Shown: positions 33,176-42,514 of the stretch, piece after piece
Position numbering within the stretch: position 1 is the first letter of the stretch
How the letters are laid out: the number at the start of each line of letters is the position of its first letter
Assembly: GCA_964007735.1 (NCBI GenBank)
Contig: CAXGAI010000002.1
Location: forward strand, 62,001 to 126,000
Length of the DNA: 64,000 bases
Origin: an uncultured Rhodopirellula sp.
GTDB lineage: Bacteria; Planctomycetota; Planctomycetia; Pirellulales; Pirellulaceae
Direction: 5' to 3'
Notes under the pieces: generated by a model
What the model saw: only the letters and a program-made list of their open reading frames with translations
The model's database searches: none
Told to the model about the DNA's origin: nothing
Program-made: the position numbers and the translations under genes

Positions 33176-33655
33176 ATGAAAAAATTATTTCTTTGTCTGG
33201 CTGTGTTCAGCCTTAGCGTCGCTCAATTAACTGCTGCCGAAAAAGCACCCACCAAGAACATTGTTGAAACTGCGGTAGCCGCGGGAAGTTTCAATACGCT
33301 TGCTGCAGCTTTGAAGGCTGGAGGTTTGATAGAAGCTTTAAGCTCTGAAGGCCCATTCACTGTGTTTGCTCCTACCGATGAAGCATTCGCGAAGTTGCCA
33401 GAAGGTACGCTGGACGATTTGCTCAAGCCTGAAAACAAAGACAAGCTTGTTGCCATTCTGAAGTATCACGTCGTTTCTGGAGCAGTTCCTGCCTCGAAGG
33501 TCGTGAAACTCAAAAAAGCAAAGACGCTCGGTGGTGAGATCGTTCAAATTAAAAGCGGTAAAGCTGTTTATGTTAACAAGTCGAAGGTCGTCAAAACCGA
33601 CATTCGTACAAGCAACGGAATTATCCATGTCATCGACACTGTGTTGATTCCATAA
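33176..33655 (+). CDS. Secreted fasciclin (FAS1) domain protein
   Basis: Signal peptide from ATG 33176; [33 protein letters not shown]. Confidence 0.93.
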   Translation: MKKLFLCLAVFSLSVAQLTAAEKAPTKNIVETAVAAGSFNTLAAALKAGGLIEALSSEGPFTVFAPTDEAFAKLPEGTLDDLLKPENKDKLVAILKYHVVSGAVPASKVVKLKKAKTLGGEIVQIKSGKAVYVNKSKVVKTDIRTSNGIIHVIDTVLIP

Positions 33656-33727
33656 GCTAATCTTGGCATCTCTGTATTGGATTATTGGCGTGCAGAGATG
33701 CCAAGCATTTTATGTGGGAGTAGAGCA

Positions 33728-33961
33728 ATGATTCAAAAACGTAAAGAATCTTACAACTTATTTGAACACATGCTGGAACATGGTACTGGAAATGAGTTCC
33801 AACCTGAATCTAAACCCTCACCGACGAATGCTCCTCCTGGCAGCAACTATAAAATTGATGTGTTGATGAAGAGATTGGAGTCCGGTGAAGATCTATGGAA
33901 TGATCGGGATAGAGACGATTTCGAAGGCCTAATCGCTCCCATTAAACCGTCTAGGCCCTAG
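33728..33961 (+). CDS. Small hypothetical protein
   Basis: In-operon ORF (likely ATG 33728); PTNAPPGS..KIDVL..R...GEDLW pattern. Confidence 0.6.
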   Translation: MIQKRKESYNLFEHMLEHGTGNEFQPESKPSPTNAPPGSNYKIDVLMKRLESGEDLWNDRDRDDFEGLIAPIKPSRP

Positions 33962-33976
33962 GATAAAGAATCAATC

Positions 33977-34972
33977 ATGGCCACTCCAAATACCGCCTCT
34001 AAAAATAGAAACAGCGTCAGTCTCAAAATTGCTGGTATCTACAATTTAATTTTTGGGACAGGTGTCATCCTCTTCCCTAACCTTCTTTTCGACTTGTGTA
34101 ACATCCCGCAACCACGGTACCCGGAGATCTGGCAATGTGTGGGTATGATTGTCGGAGTCTACGGTATTGGCTATTTAATAGCAGCCCAGAATCCAAGTCG
34201 TCATTGGCCGATCATTCTCGTGGGGCTCCTTGGGAAGCTCTTTGGGCCAGTCGGCTTTCTGTATTCAGCCGTCAACGGTGTTCTACCTTGGTCCTTCGGG
34301 ATCCTTATCTTTTTTAATGATTTAATTTGGTGGCTCCCGTTCGGAAAGCTTCTAGCAGAGACTTTTCGGGAATCGAATTTGGGTGAATCTCCGGAAGATA
34401 AAGAGTTTCATCAGGTTGTCGCTACCGCTCAGTCTTTTCAAGGTCGGACTATGACCGAATTGTCATGGAGACAACCAACCTTAGTCATTTTCTTGAGACA
34501 TTTTGGGTGCACATTCTGCCGAGAAACACTTCATATGCTTGCGAAGCAACGCGATCAGATTGAAAAACTTGGACTATCGATTGCCATTGTTCATATGAGC
34601 GACACGCATGAAGGCAACAACCTGTTAGAACGGTATGACTTACGTTGTGTGGAAGTCTTCAGCGACCCTTCCTGCGAGATCTATCGTGCTTGTCGAATCG
34701 GTCGAGCGACTTATCGCGATATTTTTAATCTGAAGAGCCTAGGGAAATCTTTTTCAACTGCTTTTCTCCGTAGATATGGGGTTGGTAAGATCGCCGGAGA
34801 CGTATTTCGTTTGGCAGGTGCTGCGGTGATTCACCAAGGAAAGATCATTGGTGATACCAAGCCAAAAATTCCGTCCGACAGGCTCGACTTCCTGCATCTG
34901 GCTAAGCAACATAGCTTGAAGAAGAATTCAGGCATTCCCTTCCTAGAGTTTCCAAACCTTGAAATCTCTTAA
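33977..34972 (+). CDS. Membrane domain fused to an AhpC/TSA-like (SelL-related) thioredoxin-fold domain
   Basis: About 4 N-terminal TM helices; FLRHFGCTFCRE CxxC motif; FSDPSCEIY. Confidence 0.8.
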   Translation: MATPNTASKNRNSVSLKIAGIYNLIFGTGVILFPNLLFDLCNIPQPRYPEIWQCVGMIVGVYGIGYLIAAQNPSRHWPIILVGLLGKLFGPVGFLYSAVNGVLPWSFGILIFFNDLIWWLPFGKLLAETFRESNLGESPEDKEFHQVVATAQSFQGRTMTELSWRQPTLVIFLRHFGCTFCRETLHMLAKQRDQIEKLGLSIAIVHMSDTHEGNNLLERYDLRCVEVFSDPSCEIYRACRIGRATYRDIFNLKSLGKSFSTAFLRRYGVGKIAGDVFRLAGAAVIHQGKIIGDTKPKIPSDRLDFLHLAKQHSLKKNSGIPFLEFPNLEIS

Positions 34973-34989
34973 ATAAAGGTCTTCTTAAA

Positions 34990-35691
34990 ATGCACTGTGT
35001 TATTGCCGGCGGGTCAAGAGGCATTGGTCGGAGTATCGTAGAGCGTCTCACAAGCAGGGGCGCTCACGTGACTGTTATCTCACGAGTATCGGGCGGAGTG
35101 GATGAAGATCAAAACGTTACTCATATCCCCCATGATTTCTCTAAACCCGGACTGGATAGTAGCAAACTCCCTGAACAGATCGATAGTGTCGCTTATTTAC
35201 CCGGCTCCATCAACTTAAAGCCGATTAGTCGTTTGACTTTAGAAGATTTTTCAGAGGACCTCCAACTTAATCTTTTGGGCGCGGTCGAATTGATTCAAGC
35301 ATGCCTGCCGGGATTGAAACGCAGCAGTTTCCCGAGCAAAAATATTCTTTTGTTTAGTACGGTGGCGACAAGGCTAGGAATGCCATTTCATGCTTCAACA
35401 GTAGCTAGTAAATCAGCGATTGAAGGGTTAACAAAATCGTTAGCCGCAGAACTGAGTCCTCAAATACGAGTAAACTGTGTCGCCCCGGGAATGACCAAGA
35501 CCGATCTGTCAGCCTCATTTATAACAACCCCTGAAAAGGAGGATGCGCTTGCAAGGAAATATCCCCTCAAGCGTCTTGGATGTATTGAGGACATCTCTAG
35601 ATCGGCGACATTTCTCATGACAGAAGATTCTGATTGGCTTACCGGTCAAATAATTTCCGTGGATGGTGGACTGTCGTCTTTAAGGATATGA
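34990..35691 (+). CDS. Short-chain dehydrogenase/reductase
   Basis: GGSRGIG, PGSINLKP, SKSAIEGLTKSLAAEL, RVNCVAPG, TGQIISVDGG. Confidence 0.9.
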   Translation: MHCVIAGGSRGIGRSIVERLTSRGAHVTVISRVSGGVDEDQNVTHIPHDFSKPGLDSSKLPEQIDSVAYLPGSINLKPISRLTLEDFSEDLQLNLLGAVELIQACLPGLKRSSFPSKNILLFSTVATRLGMPFHASTVASKSAIEGLTKSLAAELSPQIRVNCVAPGMTKTDLSASFITTPEKEDALARKYPLKRLGCIEDISRSATFLMTEDSDWLTGQIISVDGGLSSLRI

Positions 35692-35763
35692 GTGGTTGGT
35701 CAATCGACTGGGCAAGCCTATACTCAGAATTAAATAAACTAATTCCTCTTGCTGCTATCTCTT

Positions 35764-36819
35764 ATGAATACCGAAAACGCTTCTCATTACGATGCCTTGC
35801 TATTCGTCTCTTTTGGAGGCCCCGAGGGACGTGAAGACGTTTTACCTTTTTTGGAAAATGTCCTTCGAGGAAAACCTGTACCCCGAGAACGAATGCTTGA
35901 AGTCGCCGAACACTATTACCATTTCGACGGTGTTAGTCCCATCAACGGGCAAAACAGAGATCTTATTAACGCCGTGAAAAGGGAATTAGAAGATCAACAG
36001 ATTCAGCTTCCTATCTATTGGGGCAATCGCAACTGGCATCCAATGCTTAATGATACACTCGAAGAAATGCAAAACGACGGTGTCAAAAAAGCGCTGGTAT
36101 TTATAACTTCAGCGTATAGCTCATACTCCGGCTGTCGGCAGTACAGAGAAAATATAGAAGAGGCAAAATCAACTCTGCCTGATGGACTCTTAGAAACTGA
36201 TAAGATACGGGTGTTTTATAATCATCCGGGCTTCGTAAACACGATTGCCGATTTATTAATTGAATCGCTCAGTCAATTCGAAGAATCTGCGCGGGAAAAC
36301 GCGACCATTCTTTTCACGGCGCACAGCATTCCCGACAGCATGGCAGCCAACTGTTCATATGCATCGCAACTCCAGGAAACAGCGCGGTTAGTGATGCAAG
36401 CCGTTGGAGAAAATCCCTGGCATTTGGTTTATCAGAGTCGCAGCGGACCTCCATCCCAACCATGGTTGGAGCCTGACGTATGCGACTTTATCGGTACATT
36501 AAACGCAAAGGAGAGCCCTAGCCATTTAGCCATCGTTCCAATCGGCTTTATCTCCGACCATATGGAAGTGATGTTTGACTTAGACATCGAAGCCAAAGAT
36601 ATGTGTGAAGAACTGAACATCAAAATGGTTCGCGTACCTACTGTCGGCACAAACCCTCAATTCGTGAAGATGATTATTGAACTAATACGGGAACGCATGG
36701 AAAACATCGAACAACGGTCATTAGGTGATATGGGGCCGAGTCACGATGTATGTCCTATCGACTGTTGTTTGTACACGCCAAAGAGACCGCCTACTCAGGG
36801 TCGACCGCGCGGTGCGTAA
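35764..36819 (+). CDS. hemH: Ferrochelatase
   Basis: SFGGPE, GVSPIN, FTAHSIP, YQSRSGP...WLEPD, PIGFISDHMEVMFDLD. Confidence 0.93.
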   Translation: MNTENASHYDALLFVSFGGPEGREDVLPFLENVLRGKPVPRERMLEVAEHYYHFDGVSPINGQNRDLINAVKRELEDQQIQLPIYWGNRNWHPMLNDTLEEMQNDGVKKALVFITSAYSSYSGCRQYRENIEEAKSTLPDGLLETDKIRVFYNHPGFVNTIADLLIESLSQFEESARENATILFTAHSIPDSMAANCSYASQLQETARLVMQAVGENPWHLVYQSRSGPPSQPWLEPDVCDFIGTLNAKESPSHLAIVPIGFISDHMEVMFDLDIEAKDMCEELNIKMVRVPTVGTNPQFVKMIIELIRERMENIEQRSLGDMGPSHDVCPIDCCLYTPKRPPTQGRPRGA

Positions 36820-37129
36820 CTTCCTGCAGGAAAAACACCACTCTAAAAAGTCCGATTGCGAATACCAGAGTTAAACTCAGTTCAACCAGAATACTTATTC
36901 CCATTGATGTGGCAAAAGAATGATCCAACTCCAGCAATGACCACTGGTATACATAATTTGGAAGCCAGACCAGCAAATGAGGCGTCAAAAGGAGTACTAA
37001 GATGACTCTAAGCCGTGAAGCGTCGGCTTTACGCAGAATCTTTCCCGTGCATACCAATAAAGCTATCAGAATCAGTATATAGGGGATGAGGGTAATCGCT
37101 GAATCAGTAAGGGTCTGTATGAAATTCAA
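36791..37129 (-). CDS. Small membrane protein (about 3 TM)
   Basis: Hydrophobic 112-aa ORF at the end of the minus-strand operon; 3' end overlaps hemH. Confidence 0.55.
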   Translation of the reverse strand: MNFIQTLTDSAITLIPYILILIALLVCTGKILRKADASRLRVILVLLLTPHLLVWLPNYVYQWSLLELDHSFATSMGISILVELSLTLVFAIGLFRVVFFLQEVTHRAVDPE

Positions 37130-37141
37130 ATTGCTTTACTC

Positions 37142-38362
37142 CTAACAATCTTTTAAGCACTTCATGGCAGCTATGCGGCCACTCGCAAAAGCATTGTTAA
37201 TGCTCGGTGTGGAACTGTAATCCCCACAAACTAAATAGTCCATGTCTTCTAAATCCGCGTTTAGACTGTAGTCTGGTAACGCGTTCAGAATCCGCATGAA
37301 TTCAATTTCTTCCCAATCATTCACTTGGCTACCAAACAATTCGACGAGTTCGTTTAATGCACCTCTTCTAATCTCAGGATTGGCATAATCAAATTGGGGA
37401 TCAAGATTCACCGAAACTAAAACCTTATCTTGCGGCGCGTAATTTGGCTGAATACTGGTAGGTATACAAATCGTTCTTACAATTTTGTGATCAGTTTTTG
37501 CGTTGAGTCTTAGGGCCGGTAAAGCAAAGGGGGGGATATTAGCGGCAAAATAAACACAGGCAGAAGAACGCTCGTTAACAGGCGGCCGAAAATTCATCAA
37601 ACGACACACTACCTCCTGTGGTAATGCCAAAATTACCTTTCTGGCTTCCACTAGCTCACCCGAAGACAGTTCCAAACGATTGCCATTGATCGAAACGACG
37701 GATGTGTTCAGGCGGATCCGCTCTTTCGATAATTGACCTGCCAGTGCATCTGGCAAAGCCTGCATCCCATGGGACGGCAATCCGCCCCAACCTGCGGAAA
37801 AGAACTTGAGAAGCTCAAAAAAATGATCCGGTGGGACACGAAGATCATAGTCAAGAAAAACAGAACCCCAAAATGGTCGTAGAAACTCTTCCAGAAATCG
37901 TTCAGAAAACAAATTTCGCAGGTATTGATCGGTAGATGCCTGCATGGGCACACTGCTTGGTAAAGCTTTGGCTTTCGAGGATCTCCATAATCTCCATTTA
38001 TCCCGAAACGAACCAATATCCGAAAGTAGAAGTTTGGTAGCTGTTCTTAATTGCCGCGAACTCTTGAATGGATCGAATACCTCCCTGACTCCCCTATCGG
38101 TATCAATTAAAGCACCGGAAAGAAACCGCTGGTAACCAAGGTCTTTTTCACTGACGACGGAAAATACCTCGTCATAAGAATCAAGTAGAATCTGAAATCC
38201 ACGGTCAAGAATGAAACCATCGCAAATATGACTACTGCATCTACCACCAACGAATGAGTTCTTCTCCAGAATAAGATAGTCCACGCCCGCCGTTTCAAGT
38301 TCCACGGCACAACGTAACCCGCTGATTCCAGCACCAACGATTACAACATCATGCATTGGCAA
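37142..38362 (-). CDS. FAD-dependent oxidoreductase (amine oxidase / phytoene desaturase superfamily)
   Basis: VVIVGAGISGL, LEK...VGGR, DGFILDRGFQ, CGDY....SINNAFASGRIAA. Confidence 0.85.
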   Translation of the reverse strand: MPMHDVVIVGAGISGLRCAVELETAGVDYLILEKNSFVGGRCSSHICDGFILDRGFQILLDSYDEVFSVVSEKDLGYQRFLSGALIDTDRGVREVFDPFKSSRQLRTATKLLLSDIGSFRDKWRLWRSSKAKALPSSVPMQASTDQYLRNLFSERFLEEFLRPFWGSVFLDYDLRVPPDHFFELLKFFSAGWGGLPSHGMQALPDALAGQLSKERIRLNTSVVSINGNRLELSSGELVEARKVILALPQEVVCRLMNFRPPVNERSSACVYFAANIPPFALPALRLNAKTDHKIVRTICIPTSIQPNYAPQDKVLVSVNLDPQFDYANPEIRRGALNELVELFGSQVNDWEEIEFMRILNALPDYSLNADLEDMDYLVCGDYSSTPSINNAFASGRIAAMKCLKDC

Positions 38363-38366
38363 CTCC

Positions 38367-39848
38367 TCAGCTTAAACTCTTGTAGTTTTCAATATAACTT
38401 TTAACATTGTACTTCCGTGCCGTATTCTCACTGGTCATGTAGCGGACCTTTCCAAATATAGGCCTCTCAGGTCCCCAGGCTCTATCAAAACGACCTAAAC
38501 ACCAAAAAATACCTGAGTACGAATTCGGATTCCGCCCATCCAGTGCGTACTTATTATTTAATTCAATCATGGTAGCCAGAGCTGCTTCAGGAGACTCTGA
38601 CCAATGAAGTATTTTTTTGCCCCAAAGCATGCGTAAGTAATTGTGAATCATTCCCTCTAATCTCAGTTGATTTTGAGCAGCATTCCATAACGGGTCATGG
38701 GTCATAGCCTGCTCAAACTCATCAACCGAATAGAGATACGGCCGAGAATCGCCACGATGTTCATTTAATGTCGCTAAACTCCATTCTGGAAGAGTGTCGA
38801 AACTTGCATAATCAGGGTCGTTTGCACAACGGTTGAAACCAATTTCCCGCCATGTAATCAACTGATCCAAAAACGCTTCGGCAGGTTCGGACATTCTCCA
38901 CCAGCCTGCCCGCCGTCCATCGACCTTAGAGGAATTCAGGCTGTCAGGAGTCCTATCTTCTCGGTCTAAAATATCGCCTACTATCTCATGCGCGGATATA
39001 TGTCCAAAGTGGAGATAGGGTGACAAGCAACTTGTCGCACTCTGATCAACGTGGTTTCGCAACACATGGTAACCGTTCAACCGCCGAGTCTTAAAAATTT
39101 CCCAATTCTCAATCGCCGCCTGTCGACCTCCTACATATTGTGCCACGGGCGTCTGGAAATGCGTAGAAACAGACTGCATCCAGTGAGCCTGCCCTCCCAA
39201 TAAAAGCCCTTCGGAAGAAGGCCATCTCGCGGTAAGACCTTCTTCCAGAGACTCCAATGGTGGCAGCGCAAGATGCAAGGCGGGAGTGGGGGAAGGAGAT
39301 TGCCCCAGCCACACCGGTAAGACTTTTTGACAGTGACGACGAAACGAATAAGCTGTGGTAAACAGCCTAGATTCAGCTCGCATCGGCATAATTCCGTTAG
39401 AATCAACAGCCTCTGCCTGACAAGGAGCCGTTCGGCCTAATATCTTCAATAGCTTGGGAATAAAGAAGCATGGAAAATCATCGGTGATAACGAGACAGGC
39501 CTTCTTAGAGAAAGCTTTTAACATGCCTCTCTGTGGACAAGCATCTGATTCAACAAACGGGTAGTAAGAGAGTGGCATCTTGTCCGATGCTGCAAGGTTA
39601 TCCTGCATACCTTGCATAACAAAGTGATGAAAGCGGGGACTTGACCAGGGATATCCCTTCGCCAATGATTCGACAACTAAAAGAGGCTTATTAAGCCTCA
39701 TTGCATGATCAATCGCTCTGTCAAGCGAGTAGTTATAGGCCAATCGCCTATTCGCAACCATCCAGTAAAGAACATAGGCCCCCTCCGGGTTGATGGGCTT
39801 TTCATTTAAAGAACGCAGACGATCTAACGGAAATTCAGAACGGGGCAT
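38367..39848 (-). CDS. Deoxyribodipyrimidine photolyase, class II CPD type
   Basis: YVLYWM, SCLSPYLHFGHIS, FLDQLITWRE, THDPLWNAAQ, HNYLRMLWGKKIL, YALDGRNPNSY, ERPIFGKVRYM. Confidence 0.93.
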   Translation of the reverse strand: MPRSEFPLDRLRSLNEKPINPEGAYVLYWMVANRRLAYNYSLDRAIDHAMRLNKPLLVVESLAKGYPWSSPRFHHFVMQGMQDNLAASDKMPLSYYPFVESDACPQRGMLKAFSKKACLVITDDFPCFFIPKLLKILGRTAPCQAEAVDSNGIMPMRAESRLFTTAYSFRRHCQKVLPVWLGQSPSPTPALHLALPPLESLEEGLTARWPSSEGLLLGGQAHWMQSVSTHFQTPVAQYVGGRQAAIENWEIFKTRRLNGYHVLRNHVDQSATSCLSPYLHFGHISAHEIVGDILDREDRTPDSLNSSKVDGRRAGWWRMSEPAEAFLDQLITWREIGFNRCANDPDYASFDTLPEWSLATLNEHRGDSRPYLYSVDEFEQAMTHDPLWNAAQNQLRLEGMIHNYLRMLWGKKILHWSESPEAALATMIELNNKYALDGRNPNSYSGIFWCLGRFDRAWGPERPIFGKVRYMTSENTARKYNVKSYIENYKSLS

Positions 39849-39865
39849 AGCAGAAATTACTCAAA

Positions 39866-41116
39866 CTAAGTTAACTGAGTTTGCTGGTTTTTCCACGCTG
39901 CGACTTTTTCAAAAAAGTCCGTGCTTTCGCGGCCAAAAACACGCCCCATCAATAAGTCTGCCAGTTGGTAGGAACAGTCAGGATTATCGGAGATGAAGCT
40001 TCCAAAACTGAATTGACTGTCATAAAAGAGATCCACCAACTTTCGCAAAAGATCTACCTTTTCGTCGTACTCGGGATACCAACTTCCCAATTTCTGCTTA
40101 GACAGATCGCCTGTCTTCAAACAATCAACAACAGCCTCGCCCGCTAATTCACCGGTTTTCAAGGCAAATAACACACCCGTGGAATAAACCGGATCAATAA
40201 ATCCAAGTGCATCACCTGTCAGAACCCATCCATCGCCTGCCGGTTGACTGGCTTTGTAACTAAAGTCTTTGGCAGCTATAAAATCGCCAAACTGAGTTAG
40301 ATTTAACGAAGCTATGTAGTCATCCACGAATTCATTTTGCTTCACAAAATCTAAAAGTCGATCGGCATTGGTTGCCGCCTTCGCATGAATGGTTGCCACA
40401 TCACCAACTAATCCAACACTCAACGTTTTACTATCGACAGGAATTAGCCAGAACCAGCCATTAGCTTCTTTTGTTCTTGCAATGATCGTAATTGCCTGGT
40501 TGGAAAAAACCTCCTCCGAGGAATGGTAATACGTCCAAATACTAATGTTTTTGCGAATTGGCTCCATTTCTTTTATCGAGAAATGCTTTGCTAGAACGGA
40601 TTGCTGGCCGGAGGCATCAATGAGAACCTTTGCCGTAATCTTGCGGGCCTCGCCTTTATCATCCACTAAAACTTGATGATTACCGGGCTCGTTACGCTCT
40701 AATTTTAGAAAGCGAACCGATTCCATCGTCCTTGCTCCCTTCTCGGAGGCAACTTCGAACAAACAGTGATCTAATGTGGCGCGATCAACATGCCAAGTCT
40801 CGGAATCCGGACGATCATCATGCTTACGGAAAAAGAAGGGAGAAGAAGCTTTGCCAGCAGCATTCACAAACTGCACACCAACTTTGCGAATAAATTTAAG
40901 GTCATCAATTCTGCTCTGCACACCCAGATGTTCCAAGACCTCATTGGTAGCCGGCATAAGAGATTCACCAACGTGAGGACGAGGGTGAATAGCACGTTCT
41001 ATGAGTACAACATCATAGCCAGCCTCCGCAATAATCGACGCCGAAACGGAACCTGCCGGACCACCTCCGATAACGAGACAGTCACAAACGATGTCACCTG
41101 CCACTGAGTAATTCAT
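39866..41116 (-). CDS. Flavin-dependent halogenase-like oxidoreductase
   Basis: IGGGPAG, HVGES, conserved Lys in FIRKVG, WFWLIP (WxWxIP), GDALGFIDPVYSTGV. Confidence 0.82.
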   Translation of the reverse strand: MNYSVAGDIVCDCLVIGGGPAGSVSASIIAEAGYDVVLIERAIHPRPHVGESLMPATNEVLEHLGVQSRIDDLKFIRKVGVQFVNAAGKASSPFFFRKHDDRPDSETWHVDRATLDHCLFEVASEKGARTMESVRFLKLERNEPGNHQVLVDDKGEARKITAKVLIDASGQQSVLAKHFSIKEMEPIRKNISIWTYYHSSEEVFSNQAITIIARTKEANGWFWLIPVDSKTLSVGLVGDVATIHAKAATNADRLLDFVKQNEFVDDYIASLNLTQFGDFIAAKDFSYKASQPAGDGWVLTGDALGFIDPVYSTGVLFALKTGELAGEAVVDCLKTGDLSKQKLGSWYPEYDEKVDLLRKLVDLFYDSQFSFGSFISDNPDCSYQLADLLMGRVFGRESTDFFEKVAAWKNQQTQLT

Positions 41117-41120
41117 CTTG

Positions 41121-42086
41121 CTATGTTGCTCCCATAGTAAAATTGCGAAGCTTCAATTCTCGAGGATATGGTGAGAAGAAAGTCTGTTGTTTGAGGTACT
41201 CAACCTGATACTGCTCGATCAACGATTCCATAACTCCCAAGATCGAACTAAGAGGAATAATTTGCTGAGAGTACTCATTCAGTACTTTCATAAAGTGCCG
41301 CTTCGTATCCGGAGTCACATCCGCTTTCACATATCCGAAGCAATGCTGAATAACATTAATATAGCTTCTATGAGAATACTTACTACGTAAGCCCTCCATG
41401 AAGCATCGCACATACTCTTCTTTAAACTCGGCCGCTTCATATGCTTTTGGATTGCTCACCATCCGCCCTAAATGACGGTAAGTTTTTTGACAGTGAGCTA
41501 ACAACAAAAGTTTTTCTTTCGAGTGAAAATCAACAATCTCTCCAGGACTTGGCTCACCCCGGAATAAATTCCTGAGGCGATGATGTGCATAAACACGCAT
41601 TAGAAATGATTCACGAAGCAAGGGGTCGTTAAGCCTCCCCTCCTCTTCAATCGGTTGATTCTGAAAGCCTGCCATCAATTGCTCACCAAAAATACCTGCA
41701 CGCCTACCCTGCGGATGACCATTCGGGAGATAATTCTTCACCGAAAAAAGACCACAGGATGGAGATTTCTGTTTCATTATAAAGCCATCAATCGCCTGAC
41801 AACGCAAATCACTTATCTTACGAGACGAAAAGTCTTCCAGTAAATCTGTATAATCTTTGGAGGTTTGGACTCCTATCAGTTTAGCAGTACCATCCTGCAC
41901 AATTCGAATGGGCTCTCTGGGAATTCCCATTCCCGCTTCCACTTCCGGGCAAGTCGTATCAAGCTGAAAGAACTCACTGAGGCTATCGACGAACCGATCG
42001 CGACTATGCTGTCCATTAAATCTAACAAGATTACCAAGAAGACATGCAGAAACAATGACACGCGGCTTTTCGGACAATGCTATCAT
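41121..42086 (-). CDS. DUF523/DUF1722 (YbgA-like; 2-thiouracil desulfurase-family N-domain)
   Basis: VSACLLG..VRFNG, CPEVEAGMGIPRE, KSPSCG, EEEGRLND, FHSKEK, YLKQQTFFSPYP. ATG 42086 is ATGA-coupled to the upstream stop. Confidence 0.9.
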   Translation of the reverse strand: MIALSEKPRVIVSACLLGNLVRFNGQHSRDRFVDSLSEFFQLDTTCPEVEAGMGIPREPIRIVQDGTAKLIGVQTSKDYTDLLEDFSSRKISDLRCQAIDGFIMKQKSPSCGLFSVKNYLPNGHPQGRRAGIFGEQLMAGFQNQPIEEEGRLNDPLLRESFLMRVYAHHRLRNLFRGEPSPGEIVDFHSKEKLLLLAHCQKTYRHLGRMVSNPKAYEAAEFKEEYVRCFMEGLRSKYSHRSYINVIQHCFGYVKADVTPDTKRHFMKVLNEYSQQIIPLSSILGVMESLIEQYQVEYLKQQTFFSPYPRELKLRNFTMGAT

Positions 42087-42514
42087 AGTGCCCTCCCTTG
42101 GAAAATAATCGCCAAACAAACAAGTCGAGAAGTCCACGCAAGTGTACGAAGCCAATTCGAACGAACTAAGAATTTAAGTCCCCGGGCAGAATAGCGTCTC
42201 TCCAATTTGAAGTGGCATGGCATCTGTAAACATGCAGTCGACAGCCAAACGCCAAGTAGAAGAAAAGCTGATACAAGCCACAGAGGTTGGGCCAGGAAGA
42301 GCTCGGCGTCAAAAATTAAACAACCGGAGAGAACTTCCATTAACATCATCGGACCCACAACGAATGTTGTTAATACTTGATGGCGGTTATGGATCTTACT
42401 GAACCGTGCCTTGTCATACTCATCAAACATCGGATAGTGGACAAGCTGTACGTACCAAATTACCCCAACCATAAAAGCCGTGCTAATCAGATGCAAAATT
42501 TCCCACCAGCTCAT
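42083..42514 (-). CDS. Hypothetical membrane protein (about 4 TM)
   Basis: GVIWYVQLVHYP, NWLRTLAW; ATGA overlaps at both ends. Confidence 0.78.
   Translation of the reverse strand: MSWWEILHLISTAFMVGVIWYVQLVHYPMFDEYDKARFSKIHNRHQVLTTFVVGPMMLMEVLSGCLIFDAELFLAQPLWLVSAFLLLGVWLSTACLQMPCHFKLERRYSARGLKFLVRSNWLRTLAWTSRLVCLAIIFQGRAL

Noticed and set aside
34495..34525. Selenocysteine in the SelL-like redox motif
   Set aside because: Both positions are TGC Cys codons and there is no in-frame TGA.
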